Shown here in pieces: positions 33,908-44,743 of a DNA stretch of 64,000 nucleotides; positions within the stretch are counted from its first letter, which is position 1; every line of letters begins with the position of its first letter. Origin of the DNA: Opitutales bacterium (GTDB taxonomy: Bacteria > Verrucomicrobiota > Verrucomicrobiia > Opitutales > UBA2987). The notes under the pieces were generated by a model. The model was not told where the DNA came from and did no database searches. It saw only the letters and a list, made by a program, of their open reading frames with translations. Where the stretch lies: NCBI GenBank assembly GCA_965226885.1, contig CBDDEL010000014.1:416001-480000 (forward strand), given 5' to 3'. Both the position numbers and the translations under genes were made by a program.

Positions 33908-34882
33908 ATGGTTATTTTACTTACCACGACTTCTTTCCAGGACATTCCCGGGGAGCATCACAAAATGCTCCGCGAAACCGGTTATGAAATCATTACCGCC
34001 CGGGGACCTCTCAACGAAGAGCAAACCCTCGAACTGGTCGGCGAAGTCGATGGCATCATTTGCGGAGATGACAAGATAACCCGGCGGGTTTTGGAAAAGG
34101 CCCTCCCCCGTTTGCGTGTTCTCAGCAAGTACGGCATCGGTTTGGACAAAATCGATCTCGATGCCGCCACAGAGCTTGGCATTCCCGTGCTCTTCACCCC
34201 CGGCGTCAACCACACCACGGTGGCGGAGCATTGTTTTGCCCTCCTTCTGGCGTTGGTTAAAAACCTCGTCGAAGAGGTGAATTTCACCCGCTCGGGCCAA
34301 TGGAAACGACTCACCGGCCATGAGATCATGGGCAGGAAAATCGGGATTATCGGTCTTGGCCGCATCGGCAAGGAAATGGCCATCCGGGCCAAAGCTTTCG
34401 GCTTGGAAACACTGGCCTATGACATCTATTGGGACGGTGAATTTGCCGAGCGGCACGGAGTCGAGAGAGCTGAATCGATCAACGAAATACTAAAAAATTC
34501 CGAAATCGTTTCCCTGCACACCAACCTTACTCCAGAGACCCGAAACATGCTCGATGCGGCAAGTATCGGCCGCATGAAAAAAGGCGTTCTGGTCATCAAT
34601 TGCGCCCGCGGCGAACTGGTCGATACCGACGCCATGGTGGCCGCGCTCAAGAGCGGGCAAGTGGGCGGTTATGGCGCTGATGTGCTCGACCTCGAGCCAC
34701 CCCCGGCAGACCATCCACTGCTCAGCGCGCCAAATTGCCTGATAACGGCCCACATCGGTTCACGCACCTTTGAGAGCGTGGTTCGGCAGGCCACCAAGGC
34801 GACCAAAAACCTGATCCTGGCCTTGCGGGGAGAAAAGCCCCTGGCCCAATTCAACGATGTGCCCATTAAGCCGATCCAATAA
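33908..34882 (+). CDS. D-isomer-specific 2-hydroxyacid / phosphoglycerate dehydrogenase family protein
   Basis: GIGLDKID, GIIGLGRIG, INCARGELVD, DVLDLEP and HIGS motifs. Confidence 0.9.
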   Translation: MVILLTTTSFQDIPGEHHKMLRETGYEIITARGPLNEEQTLELVGEVDGIICGDDKITRRVLEKALPRLRVLSKYGIGLDKIDLDAATELGIPVLFTPGVNHTTVAEHCFALLLALVKNLVEEVNFTRSGQWKRLTGHEIMGRKIGIIGLGRIGKEMAIRAKAFGLETLAYDIYWDGEFAERHGVERAESINEILKNSEIVSLHTNLTPETRNMLDAASIGRMKKGVLVINCARGELVDTDAMVAALKSGQVGGYGADVLDLEPPPADHPLLSAPNCLITAHIGSRTFESVVRQATKATKNLILALRGEKPLAQFNDVPIKPIQ

Positions 34883-34913
34883 TTTTTATTAATATCCACA
34901 AACTTTTTTCGCC

Positions 34914-36011
34914 ATGAGCCTTGATATCAGACCCGCCGACTCCTGCCAATACGATTGCGTTTCCCTGGGAGAAATCATGCTTCGTCTCGACCCTGGGGAG
35001 GGACGCATCCGCACGGCCCGCCAATTCACCGCCTGGGAGGGCGGCGGGGAGTATAATGTGACCAGGGGACTGCGCCGGTGTTTTGGCTTGAGGACGGCCG
35101 TGGTGGCCGCTTTTGCCGACAATGAAATCGGCCGCCTGATTGAGGACTTCATACTGCAAGGAGGCGTCGATACGCAATTTATTCAATGGCTACCCTACGA
35201 CGGAATTGGCCGCACGGTGCGCAACGGGCTCAATTTCACGGAACGCGGTTTCGGCATTCGGGGGGCGGTGGGGGTTCCCGACCGCGGCCATACCGCCTCA
35301 AGCCAGATGAAGCCGGGCGATGTCGATTGGGACCATATTTTTGGAACCTGCGGCGCACGGTGGCTGCATACCGGCGGCATCTTTGCCGCCCTCAGCGAGA
35401 CAACGGCGGAAGTAATTCTGGAAGCCGTCCAGTCGGCCCAAAAATACGGAACCATCGTTTCCTACGATCTCAATTACCGGCCCTCACTGTGGAAATCCAT
35501 TGGTGGCCAGGCCAAATGCCGGGAAGTCAATCGTGAGATCGCAAAATATGTCGATGTCATGATCGGAAACGAGGAAGATTTTACGGCCTGTCTCGGTTTC
35601 GAGGTGGAAGGGGTTGACGAGAATCTTCAGGAACTGCCCATTGAGGGTTTTAAAAAGATGATCGAGACTGCAGTGCGGGAGTTTCCCAATTTCAAGGCCA
35701 CGGCCACGACTTTGCGCGGTGTAAAAACGGCAACCATCAACGACTGGGGGGCTATCGCCTGGTTGCAGGGCGAATTTTACCAAAGCCGTTCCTATGCCGA
35801 TCTCGAAATTATGGACCGGGTGGGCGGCGGAGACAGTTTTGCCAGCGGTTTTATCTATGGCTTGCTGACCATAAACGATCCGCAGGAGGCCGTCGAATAT
35901 GGGGCGGCCCACGGAGCCCTGGCCATGACCACTCCGGGGGACACCTCCATGGTCACCGTCAATGAAGTGGAAAAAGTCAAGGCCGGCGCAGGAGCCCGCG
36001 TCGTGCGATAA
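34914..36011 (+). CDS. kdgK: PfkB-family sugar kinase (2-keto-3-deoxygluconate kinase-like)
   Basis: GEIMLRL, GGGEYNV, SYDLNYRPSLW and DRVGGGDSFASG motifs; adjacent to eda. Confidence 0.85.
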   Translation: MSLDIRPADSCQYDCVSLGEIMLRLDPGEGRIRTARQFTAWEGGGEYNVTRGLRRCFGLRTAVVAAFADNEIGRLIEDFILQGGVDTQFIQWLPYDGIGRTVRNGLNFTERGFGIRGAVGVPDRGHTASSQMKPGDVDWDHIFGTCGARWLHTGGIFAALSETTAEVILEAVQSAQKYGTIVSYDLNYRPSLWKSIGGQAKCREVNREIAKYVDVMIGNEEDFTACLGFEVEGVDENLQELPIEGFKKMIETAVREFPNFKATATTLRGVKTATINDWGAIAWLQGEFYQSRSYADLEIMDRVGGGDSFASGFIYGLLTINDPQEAVEYGAAHGALAMTTPGDTSMVTVNEVEKVKAGAGARVVR

Positions 36012-36039
36012 AATTTATTTGACCTTTAATTGTATATTT

Positions 36040-36690
36040 ATGTTTTCGGATTCTTTAATTCGCCAAATCGAGTCTTCCGGTGTCGTCGCCGTCGTTGTGA
36101 TCGACGATGTATTATCGGCCGTTCCGATGGCCAACGCTTTATTGGCCGGAGGCATATCGGCAATTGAGTTGACATTGCGAACACCCGTTGGGCTGGAAGC
36201 TCTAAAAGCCATTAAAGCCGAGCTTCCGGATGTGCTGGCCGGTGTCGGCACGATTTTGACTACAGAACAGGTGGAAAAAAGCCGGGCCGCGGGCGCTGCT
36301 TTCGCCGTAGCGCCCAACTGCGACCCGAGTATAATCGGCAAAGCCCAGGAGTTGGGCCTGCCCTTCGCGCCGGGTGTGATGACCCCGAGCGATATCGGCC
36401 AAGCCATTGCTTTGGAGTGCCGCATCCTGAAATATTTTCCGGCCGAAAGCGCCGGGGGCCTGACCCACCTGAAAAATATTTCCGCGCCCTACGCGCATTT
36501 GAAGCCGCGCTTCATTCCCACTGGTGGAATTAACCTGAACAATTTTACCGCTTATTTGAAAGTGCCCGATGTTCTGGCGGTCGGCGGTTCCTGGATCGCG
36601 CCGCAAAAATTGATTCGTGAAAAATCCTGGGAAGCCATCACCACTTTGGCCCGAGCGGCCACGAATCAGATCGCAAATTCAACTGAATGA
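36040..36690 (+). CDS. eda: KDPG/KHG aldolase
   Basis: [36 protein letters not shown] and AVGGSW motifs. Confidence 0.93.
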   Translation: MFSDSLIRQIESSGVVAVVVIDDVLSAVPMANALLAGGISAIELTLRTPVGLEALKAIKAELPDVLAGVGTILTTEQVEKSRAAGAAFAVAPNCDPSIIGKAQELGLPFAPGVMTPSDIGQAIALECRILKYFPAESAGGLTHLKNISAPYAHLKPRFIPTGGINLNNFTAYLKVPDVLAVGGSWIAPQKLIREKSWEAITTLARAATNQIANSTE

Positions 36691-36700
36691 ACAAATCCAA

Positions 36701-37483
36701 ATGACTTCCTATATCGAAAAATTATTCGGACTGCCGGGAAAAGTGGCCGTCATTATCGGTGGCACGGGAGAACTTTGCAGCCACATGGCCAATGGCCTGG
36801 CGGGAGCAGGCGCGGAGGTGGTCCTTGTCGGACGCGATGCCGCCAAAGCGGAAACACGCCTGGAAAAGATCCATGAGATTGGCGGCCAAGGCTATTTTCT
36901 GCCGGTCGATGTCGGGTCGAAAGAAGCATTGGAGGGCTTGTTGAGCGCGGTCCTGGAACGCTCCGGAAAGGTGGACATTTTGATCAATGGGGCGGGCATT
37001 AATTCAACCACCCCATTTGTGGAAATTTCCGATGACGAACTGGAAAAGCTTGTCCAAATTAATTTCAAGGCCGTTTTCAGGGCTTGCCAGATCTTTGGCC
37101 GTTACCTAGTTGAGAGAGGAGAGGGTGGGAGCATTATCAATGTAGGTTCCATGGCTGCGTTAATGCCCTTATCACGCGTCTTTACCTATAGCGCGACCAA
37201 AGCGGCAGTGCACAATTTATCAAAAAACCTGGCCCGCGAATGGGCTCCTCACAATGTGAGGGTCAATACCTTGGTGCCCGGTTTTTTCCCCGCCGAACAG
37301 AACCGCAAAGTTCTAACCCCGGACCGAGTGGCCAGCATTAAGGGCCATACGCCCATGAACCGCTTCGGAGATGCCGACGAATTGATTGGCGCCACCCTCC
37401 TTCTGGCCTGCGACCGGGCGGGAAGTTTTATCACGGGGCACGAATTGGTGGTCGATGGCGGTTATTCCTCAATGACCATTTGA
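36701..37483 (+). CDS. SDR oxidoreductase (gluconate/mannonate dehydrogenase-like)
   Basis: [18 protein letters not shown] and [10 protein letters not shown] motifs. Confidence 0.88.
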   Translation: MTSYIEKLFGLPGKVAVIIGGTGELCSHMANGLAGAGAEVVLVGRDAAKAETRLEKIHEIGGQGYFLPVDVGSKEALEGLLSAVLERSGKVDILINGAGINSTTPFVEISDDELEKLVQINFKAVFRACQIFGRYLVERGEGGSIINVGSMAALMPLSRVFTYSATKAAVHNLSKNLAREWAPHNVRVNTLVPGFFPAEQNRKVLTPDRVASIKGHTPMNRFGDADELIGATLLLACDRAGSFITGHELVVDGGYSSMTI

Positions 37484-37529
37484 TGCTTACGGGCGTCCAT
37501 TTTCACCGATTGACCGAAGGTTTTCTTGC

Positions 37530-39113
37530 TCATGCATGACGCCGTCATCATCGGGGCGGGCCATAATGGCCTGGTGGCGGCCGCTTACCTGGCCAAAGCG
37601 GGTTTGCGGGTATTGGTGCTGGAGCGCCGGGATATGGTGGGAGGAAGCGCCATCACGGAGGAGATCGTTCCAGGGTTCAAGTTTTCCCGCCTTTCCTACG
37701 TCAACTCCCTCTTTCGGCCACAGATAATTAAAGACCTCCGCTTGAAAGAGTTCGGGCTGAAAATGCTGCCCCGCAACCCCTCCTCTTCCACCCCGTTTCC
37801 CGACGGTCAGTTTCTTTTTATGGGACCGGAAATGGACGCCAACGTGCGGGAGATAAAGAAATTCAGCGCCCGCGATGCGGAAAATTTCCCGCGCTACGAA
37901 GCCATGCTGGAGCGGCTGGTCGAGGTTATCGAGCCAACCCTCGACCAAATACCGGTTGACCCATTGTCCCTCCATCCCCGCAACCTGGCCGATATGATCC
38001 GTCTCGGTTGGCGCGCTCGCGGCCTGGGCAAAGACCTCTACCAGGCTCCTTTCGATGCTCTCCGGCCCGGCCACCACTCTTTTGGACGAATGGTTCGAGA
38101 GCGAACACCTCAAGGCGACCCTCGCCACCGATGCCGTTATTGGGGCCATGGCCAGCCCCTCCAGTCCGGGGACGGCCTACGTTTTGTTTCATCATGTCAT
38201 GGGGGAAACCGACGGGGCGCGTGGAGTGTGGGCCTATGTCCGCGGCGGAATGGGCGCACTGAGCGAATCCCTGGCGACTTCCGCCCGTGCTTCCGGAGTG
38301 GAAATACGCACCGCATGTCCGGTTGCCGAAGTTTTACTCGAAAACGGAAAAGCGGTTGGTGTTTTAACAGGGGACGGTGAGGAAATCCGCGCCGGGGTTG
38401 TTCTGTCCAATGCCGACCCCAATATCAGCTTCCTCAAACTTCTCAATGGCGATTCCCTTCCTCCTGAATCTGTGCAGCAAATCGAGGCCATCGATTTTTC
38501 CAGCGCGACCTTCAAATTAAACCTCGCCCTCAGCGAGTTGCCCAACTTCAAGGTTCTGCCAGGCAGCCAGCCCGGTCCCCAGCACCGGGGGACCATCCAC
38601 ATTAGCCCCACCGTGGACTGGATCGAGTCCGCCTACGACGACGCCCGGCAAGGTATCCCTTCCCGCAACCCGGTTCTGGAGTGCACCATTCCCTCCGTTC
38701 TGGACGACAGCCTGGCGCCCGAATCGCAACACGTTATGAGCATGTTCGTGCAATACGCGCCCTACAAGCTGAAGGAAGGAACCTGGGACGAGAAAAAGGA
38801 GGCTTTCGCCGACCGCTGCATCGACCTGATGGATGAATATGCTCCTGGATTCCGTGCCTCCGTAATCGCCCGGGACGCCATTTCGCCGCTCGATATGGAA
38901 CGCGAATTTTCTCTCACCGGGGGCAACATTTTCCACGGCGCCATGACACCGAGTCAGCTTTATTTCCAGCGTCCCGTGGGCGGCTGGGCGCACTACCGGA
39001 CACCCATTGAGGGCTATTACCTGTGCGGCGCAGGAGCGCATCCCGGAGGCGGAGTCATGGGCGCTTGCGGCCGCAACGCCGCCACCGCCGTCCTCAAGGA
39101 CCGAGCCTGGTAA
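37530..39113 (+). pseudogene. Phytoene-desaturase-like FAD oxidoreductase, frameshifted near 38045
   Basis: IIGAGHNGLVAAAYL...LERR lies in one frame and GGNIFHG, YLCGAGAHPGGGV in another. One extra base at DLYQ|LLSML would explain the shift. Confidence 0.85.
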
Positions 39114-39129
39114 ATCCCCCACCCTGCCG

Positions 39130-40128
39130 TCATGTGCTGTTTTCTCGCCAGGATTTGCTGAAATGTTCGTAGCCTCCGGCCAGCCCGATTGCCTGGCCGG
39201 TTTGCCCATCAATGATTTCACCTTCCGGTCCTTCAACCGCTTTCGCCATCAGCCTGCCGATTTTGGAAAGTGGCGTCTTAAACTGCTTTACCCACTCGCC
39301 GATGAAATGATCGAGGCTGGTTTCCGACCCGACAGTAAAGAGCAATTCATAGTCCTCGCCGTCACCGAGGGCATGGTGTTGGGGCGTTTTCCCGCTGGTC
39401 AGGGCCATTTGATGTGCGGCTTCGCTGATGGGCAGGTTTTTCAAGTCGATCCCGGCCGCGCATCCCGGCGGTATCAACTCGGGTAGGTCTTTCAGCAAGC
39501 CGTCGGTCACATCGATCATGCTGCTGACTTCCTTTCTGCCGGCCAGCCATTGGCCTTCCCTGAGGCGGGGTTGAAAGGAGAGGTGTTTCCCAAGCCGGGA
39601 GCCACCAAGCTCGCCCGTTACGAGAATGAAATCGCCCTCTTTTCCTCCCTGGCGCAAAACAGCCCGTTCCGCACTGCCCAACAAAGTAAGGTGGCCTCCC
39701 AGGGTTGTTTTTGTTTCGCACAAATCGCCCCCCACCAGGGCGACATGCCATTTTACCGCCTCATCACGCAAACCGAAGGTGAATTCCCGCAGCCAATCGA
39801 GGCGCAGCGAGGCCGGTAACATTAATCCAAGGAGGGCGTAATCCGGCTGGCCACCCATGGCCGCGATATCGCTCAGGTTGCGTTTGAGCAGTTTGGCCCC
39901 GGCTTCTCCGGGGTGGGCCGAATCGTCGAAATGTTTCTTGTAAACGAGGGCATCGACGGTTGCCAGTTGGCAGCCGCCCTTGGATGCCGGGAGCACCGCG
40001 CAATCGTCGCCCATTCCGAGGGGCTGAGGCGGCGCTATTGGGCCCAGCCATTGCCTGATTTTTCGGAGTAATTTTTTCTCCCCCGCATGGCCGACCGAGT
40101 CAGCCAATATGTCAGTAAAAGGATGCAT
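39130..40128 (-). CDS. thiL: Thiamine-monophosphate kinase
   Basis: GDDCAV, NLSDIAAMGG, VGGD, MIDVTDGL and GEDYELLFT motifs. Confidence 0.95.
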   Translation of the reverse strand: MHPFTDILADSVGHAGEKKLLRKIRQWLGPIAPPQPLGMGDDCAVLPASKGGCQLATVDALVYKKHFDDSAHPGEAGAKLLKRNLSDIAAMGGQPDYALLGLMLPASLRLDWLREFTFGLRDEAVKWHVALVGGDLCETKTTLGGHLTLLGSAERAVLRQGGKEGDFILVTGELGGSRLGKHLSFQPRLREGQWLAGRKEVSSMIDVTDGLLKDLPELIPPGCAAGIDLKNLPISEAAHQMALTSGKTPQHHALGDGEDYELLFTVGSETSLDHFIGEWVKQFKTPLSKIGRLMAKAVEGPEGEIIDGQTGQAIGLAGGYEHFSKSWRENST

Positions 40129-40136
40129 CAGCGATT

Positions 40137-41063
40137 TCAGAAAAACAGAAGCGCCGTTGTTAAAACAGCGCTGTAATCGGTTTCCGGCGATTCGCCGTAA
40201 AAAGATATCAAGACCAGTGAATTGGTGTTGAAAATAGCATGTAAAAAAATGGGGGCTTTCAGGTTGCCCGTCATTTCGTAGGCGATGCAGAGAAAAATAC
40301 CCAAAACGATGAGGGAGGGAAAACTCACCAGGTTAAAATGGATGGAGGCAAAGAGGAATGCGCTGGCCAGGATGGCCGGGGCCGGGTTCATCCGGCTCTT
40401 AAGAAACCGGTAGATGACGCCTCGAAAAATAACCTCCTCCACAATGGGAGCGGTTACGGTGGCCATGAGGATCAATGCCAGCCGGGCTAAATAGGAAATA
40501 TTCTGGCTTAGATGGTAAACCAGTTCCTGCGGTTCCTGGGGAAGTTCCAGACCTAATTTAACAAGCTGGGCGAGAAGTCCCTGCCAGCCCAGTCCGACCA
40601 AAAAAATAACGGGAAAGGCGGACAGGAATAGAAGGAACCCAATGAGAAGAGCTTTTACCGCGGGCAGGCTGACAGCATTAATTTTTTGCCGAAAAAGTTC
40701 CGATTGGTATTTTAAATAATAGAGGAAAACCAGCATCATCCCCCCTTGCATGGAAATTCCGCCCAGCACAATTTCCCAAACTTCACCATCGGTTGTATTC
40801 CCCTCCCGCCCTCCGCCTGAACTTATGGCGTCAAGGATTAAGCCTGTTAATAATACACTGATGAACATCAGCCAAAGAAACATTCCAAAATTGAGCCAAT
40901 TGATGGTCCAGGGATCGACTTTGCCATGGCGGGTTTCCCTTGTTTTGGAAAAAAAGCGGACAATCACAAAAATGAGACAGGCCAGACCCACCCAAAGTAG
41001 GAAATTCACATAGGGGAAAATCCAGGTTTCACCTGCCGGAAACACCAACTCTTGTTCTTCCAT
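40137..41063 (-). CDS. CPBP (CAAX/Abi) intramembrane metalloprotease
   Basis: APIVEEVIFRG, LFASIH and HAIFN motifs in a hydrophobic protein. Confidence 0.92.
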   Translation of the reverse strand: MEEQELVFPAGETWIFPYVNFLLWVGLACLIFVIVRFFSKTRETRHGKVDPWTINWLNFGMFLWLMFISVLLTGLILDAISSGGGREGNTTDGEVWEIVLGGISMQGGMMLVFLYYLKYQSELFRQKINAVSLPAVKALLIGFLLFLSAFPVIFLVGLGWQGLLAQLVKLGLELPQEPQELVYHLSQNISYLARLALILMATVTAPIVEEVIFRGVIYRFLKSRMNPAPAILASAFLFASIHFNLVSFPSLIVLGIFLCIAYEMTGNLKAPIFLHAIFNTNSLVLISFYGESPETDYSAVLTTALLFF

Positions 41064-41412
41064 TACGGCTTCTATAGATTGTGCTCTATTTTAATTTACC
41101 CAATTCCCGGCCAAGGACAGCGGGTTACATTTTCTTCCTCTGGTTGAGTTGAAAGAGCATAATCGCCACCTGCACAAGGACATTCCCCTGAAACCACCGT
41201 CCCCGTTTGAGGGTTTTACATAAAAAAAATAAATTTTTAGTGCCGGGAATAATCCCAATCAGCATGCATTCATACAGTGGTTACAAATCATCCCTATGGC
41301 AATCCGGGAGAGAATTCATTGCGCACTGGGGTATTTGCTGCTATTTATTTATTAAAAATCGTAATTTGGTTAGGTGAATCCAGGGATCACTGGATGGATG
41401 AGTTGAATTGAA

Positions 41413-42102
41413 ATGGACGAAAGCTTGCGGCGGTTTATTATTACTTACTCTGGGGTATTATTGCTTCTCTGCATTCTCTTGGTGGTATTAAGTGTCTGGC
41501 CTTTCCCCGAGCCCGACCTTCCCAAAAACCGTCCAGACAGGGTAATCCAACCTCAAAAACAATCTGAAATCCCGGATACTACTCAGCCCGGTGACGGTTT
41601 GGGCGGAAAACCGATTGATAGTGATATAGATAATGAACAACGAATTTCGGCCCTTGAAAAACGGGAGGCGCGGGATCGTTTCGTGGGAGCCGACGTTTTG
41701 GCGGAAAAAACCACACCGCTCGAAAATGGCAAGGAATCGAGGGTGCGATTGCTGCAAATTGACGATTTCGCCTTTCCAATTTTGGTTGAAGAAAAAATCC
41801 GCACCGATGCCGATGGCCGGGTATGGTTAAATAGCCAAAAAGCCATGGTGGCGAATCGCCTCCTCATTATGCCAAGCAATGAAGACACCGCCGGGGAATT
41901 AAAGGCCTTTGCCGAAAAGGAAGGTTATACGCTGGAGGCCAACGGCCCCCATTCATCGGTTTTGAAAATGAGCAGCCCGGAAGTTAGCCTAGATGCCATT
42001 TCCACCATGATGAAAAAGCTGGCGCCCCTGGAAGAACGCGGCTTGCTGGTGGCCGAGCCCGACTACCTGTATTTTCCCGATAAAGTCCCCACCGACCCGT
42101 TT
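41413..42102 (+). pseudogene. N-terminal (anchor and propeptide) part of a probable S8 peptidase, truncated by IS21
   Basis: N-terminal TM segment. The sequence ends in VAEPDYLYFPDKVPTDPF, resembling the propeptide/PNDP junction of subtilases, directly at the IS21 end. Confidence 0.6.
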
Positions 42103-44592
42103 TGTAAACGCCGGGATGAAACCGGTACGGGGGTCGGGGTAAAACCGGTACGCTTGGAATAAGGTTTAGGTTAGTAATTGCAGGTACGTCAAGGTTTAGG
42201 GTTTGGGAGTTGGTTTTGGGGATTGGCTTGGGGTCGGTGAGGAGGCCGGAGGCCGACGAGCCGGGCCCAAGGCGTTTATTGTTTTGTGCCACGGCGTCGA
42301 GCATCGCGCAAGCGGTAGCTTTGCCCGTTGGCTTCGAGGATATGCACCCGATGGGTGAGTCGGTCCAGCAGAGCTCCGGTGAGCCGTTCGGAACCGAGCA
42401 CTTCGATCCAGTTCTCAAAGGGCAGGTTGGTGGTGACGATGAGACTGGTGCGCTCGTAAGCGCGGCTGACCACGTCGAAGAGCAGTTCGGAACCGGTCTT
42501 GGAAAAAGGGACGTAACCGAGTTCGTCGAGGATGAGTAGGTCGAGCCTTTCGAGTTGCTTCATGAAGCGCTGCAGGTCGTGGTTGTCGCGTTGCTCGAGC
42601 ATATGGGTAACCAGGGCGGTGACCCCGAAGAAACGGATCCGCCGGCCCTGGGCACAGGCGGCAAAGCCCAGGGCGGTGGCCAGGTGCGTTTTACCGGTAC
42701 CGGCGTTACCGAGGAGCAGCACGTTTTCGCGCTGGTCGACATACTCCCCGCGCATGAGCTCTCGGATGAGCGCTTCGTTGATCGAGGGCTGCGCTTCAAA
42801 GGCGAAGCTCTCGAGGGTCTTGAGCACGGGGAAACGGGCGTTTTTGATCCGCCGCTGGGCGGCCCGCTGTTCGCGTTCAATGAGCTCCCGTTCGACCAGA
42901 TGCAACAAAAAGGCGGCGTAATCGAGCCGGTCCCGGGAACAAGCCGCGGCCACCGCCGGCCATTCGCGCAGGATGGTGGGCAACTTCAGTTTCTTGAGGT
43001 GATGGTGTAACAGCAGCTGGTTTTTTTCTTCCTTCATAAAGCCCCTCCTGGAATCTTGAGCAGTTCGCTGTAGGCACCGAGGTCAGGGGCGGCCACACGG
43101 ACGTGACGCAGGTGTGGATGGCCGTCCAGCCGGAAGGTTCTGCTCCCGTAGTCTTCCTGAGGATAGAGATACTGGGCGATGGCCTCACGAGTCAGTCCCC
43201 CCACCCGCAGGGCCGAGACGACGGCCTGCTGCAAGGCCGCCATGGGGTGTTTCTCCAACAGCCGCAGCACCCGGATATACTCCCGGGTGCCTTCGCCCCC
43301 GCATTGGCTTTCGAGCCGGCGTCTGAGGACCTGCAGGCACTGCGGCAACTGCCAGCCCGAGAGTGGGCGGGCGAAGTCCAAAGCGGCCGGTTTTTTCTCC
43401 AGCAAAGCCAGGTAGTGCACCGGCTCGAAAGAGACTTGCTCTTTATCCCAAATGCGGCGGTGCCGGGCCACCTCTTGGCCCCCACAGAAGATCACCACCT
43501 GCCGACAGGACCCTTCCACCACCACCGGATGGTGGGCGCAGCGCACCGGCACCGAATAGTCGTTGCACTCGAAGCGCACCAGCGAGAGGCTGCGGCTCGC
43601 TTCAAAGGGTATGGGCGGCAACGCCAGCATGACGGCGCGCTCCTCGGCCAGCAGTTCCTTTTTCACCGCCCTTTTCCCGCGTAATTTACGCTCCATGTCC
43701 CGCTCACATGCCTCCAACAGCTTTGCGTTGAGTTCCTCCAGGTCCCGAACCTGCGGTACCGGTACCAGGAAGTTGGCCCGGGCATAACGCACGATCCCCT
43801 CGACCACGCCCTTCTCGTTGGGCCGGGCGGGCAGACAGAAGTGTTCCTCGAACAGGTAATGGCTCTGTAGCTGCAGAAACCCGTCGGTCAGCTTGCGTTC
43901 ACGCGAACCGATAATCTTACCCACCGCCACCTTCGAGTTGTCATAGCTGATGCGCCGGGGCACCGCCCCGAAAAACTCAAAAGCTCGCAGGTGCCCCTCC
44001 CAGAAGCTCTCCGTGCACTCCCGTTCGAACACCTGCACGAAAAAGGCATCGCTGTAGGGCAGGCTCATGGCAAAAAATGGCCGCCTACGCAATTGCCCCG
44101 CCTCCTTCACCAGGGCATGACCGAAGTCCACCTGTCCCTCCCCGGGGCGGTGCTCCAGCGGCACGAACACTTCCCGCCGCCTCGCTCGCAGCTCGGCCAC
44201 CACCTCCTTGACCGCCGTGTAGCCCCCTTGGTAGCCCTTCTCCCGACCCAAACGCTGGTAGATCCGTTTGGCCGTATGGCGCTGCTTCTTGGGCACGTTC
44301 CGGTCCGCTTTGAGCACCTCCTCGATCCAGCCCACATACGGATCGATCTTGCGCTCTCGCCTCTTCTTGCGCCGGTCTCCCGGCGGCTGGGAATAGGCCA
44401 GCATCTTTCCCAGGGTCTCCCAGTGCAGTCCCTCTTCTCGCATTACAGAGCGCTTGCTCTACTTGTCCCGCAGCACTTTGTGCCGCACTCTTGTCCATTG
44501 CTTCATATCTCGATACACTCCTCCTTTCTAGGATAAGCGTACCGGTTTTAAAGCGCCCTCTTTACCGTACCGGTTTTTCCCCGGCGTTTACA
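42103..44592 (-). mobile_element. istA/istB: IS21-family element, copy 2 (istA has an early nonsense codon and a 21-bp deletion; istB 42276..43037)
   Basis: Near-identical to copy 1 in inverted orientation, with CAG>TAG near 44460. No target duplication. Confidence 0.95.
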
Positions 44593-44743
44593 CGGTGCCT
44601 CGATTACGATAACTTCCGCGCCACCATTGATCGAATCGATCGGCTGCTGATCGACTCGGAAGTGGAATCGCAGGCCATTGAGCTGGCCTTGGAGGGGTGG
44701 CCGCCAATGGGTCTAAAGGCCCGGCGGCAGCGGGCCAGTTTTG
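44593..44743 (+). mobile_element. Internal fragment of the IS5-like/ISNCY transposase gene
   Basis: RCLDYDNFRATIDRIDRLL...RQRASF matches the N-terminal part of 27013..28500. Confidence 0.88.
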
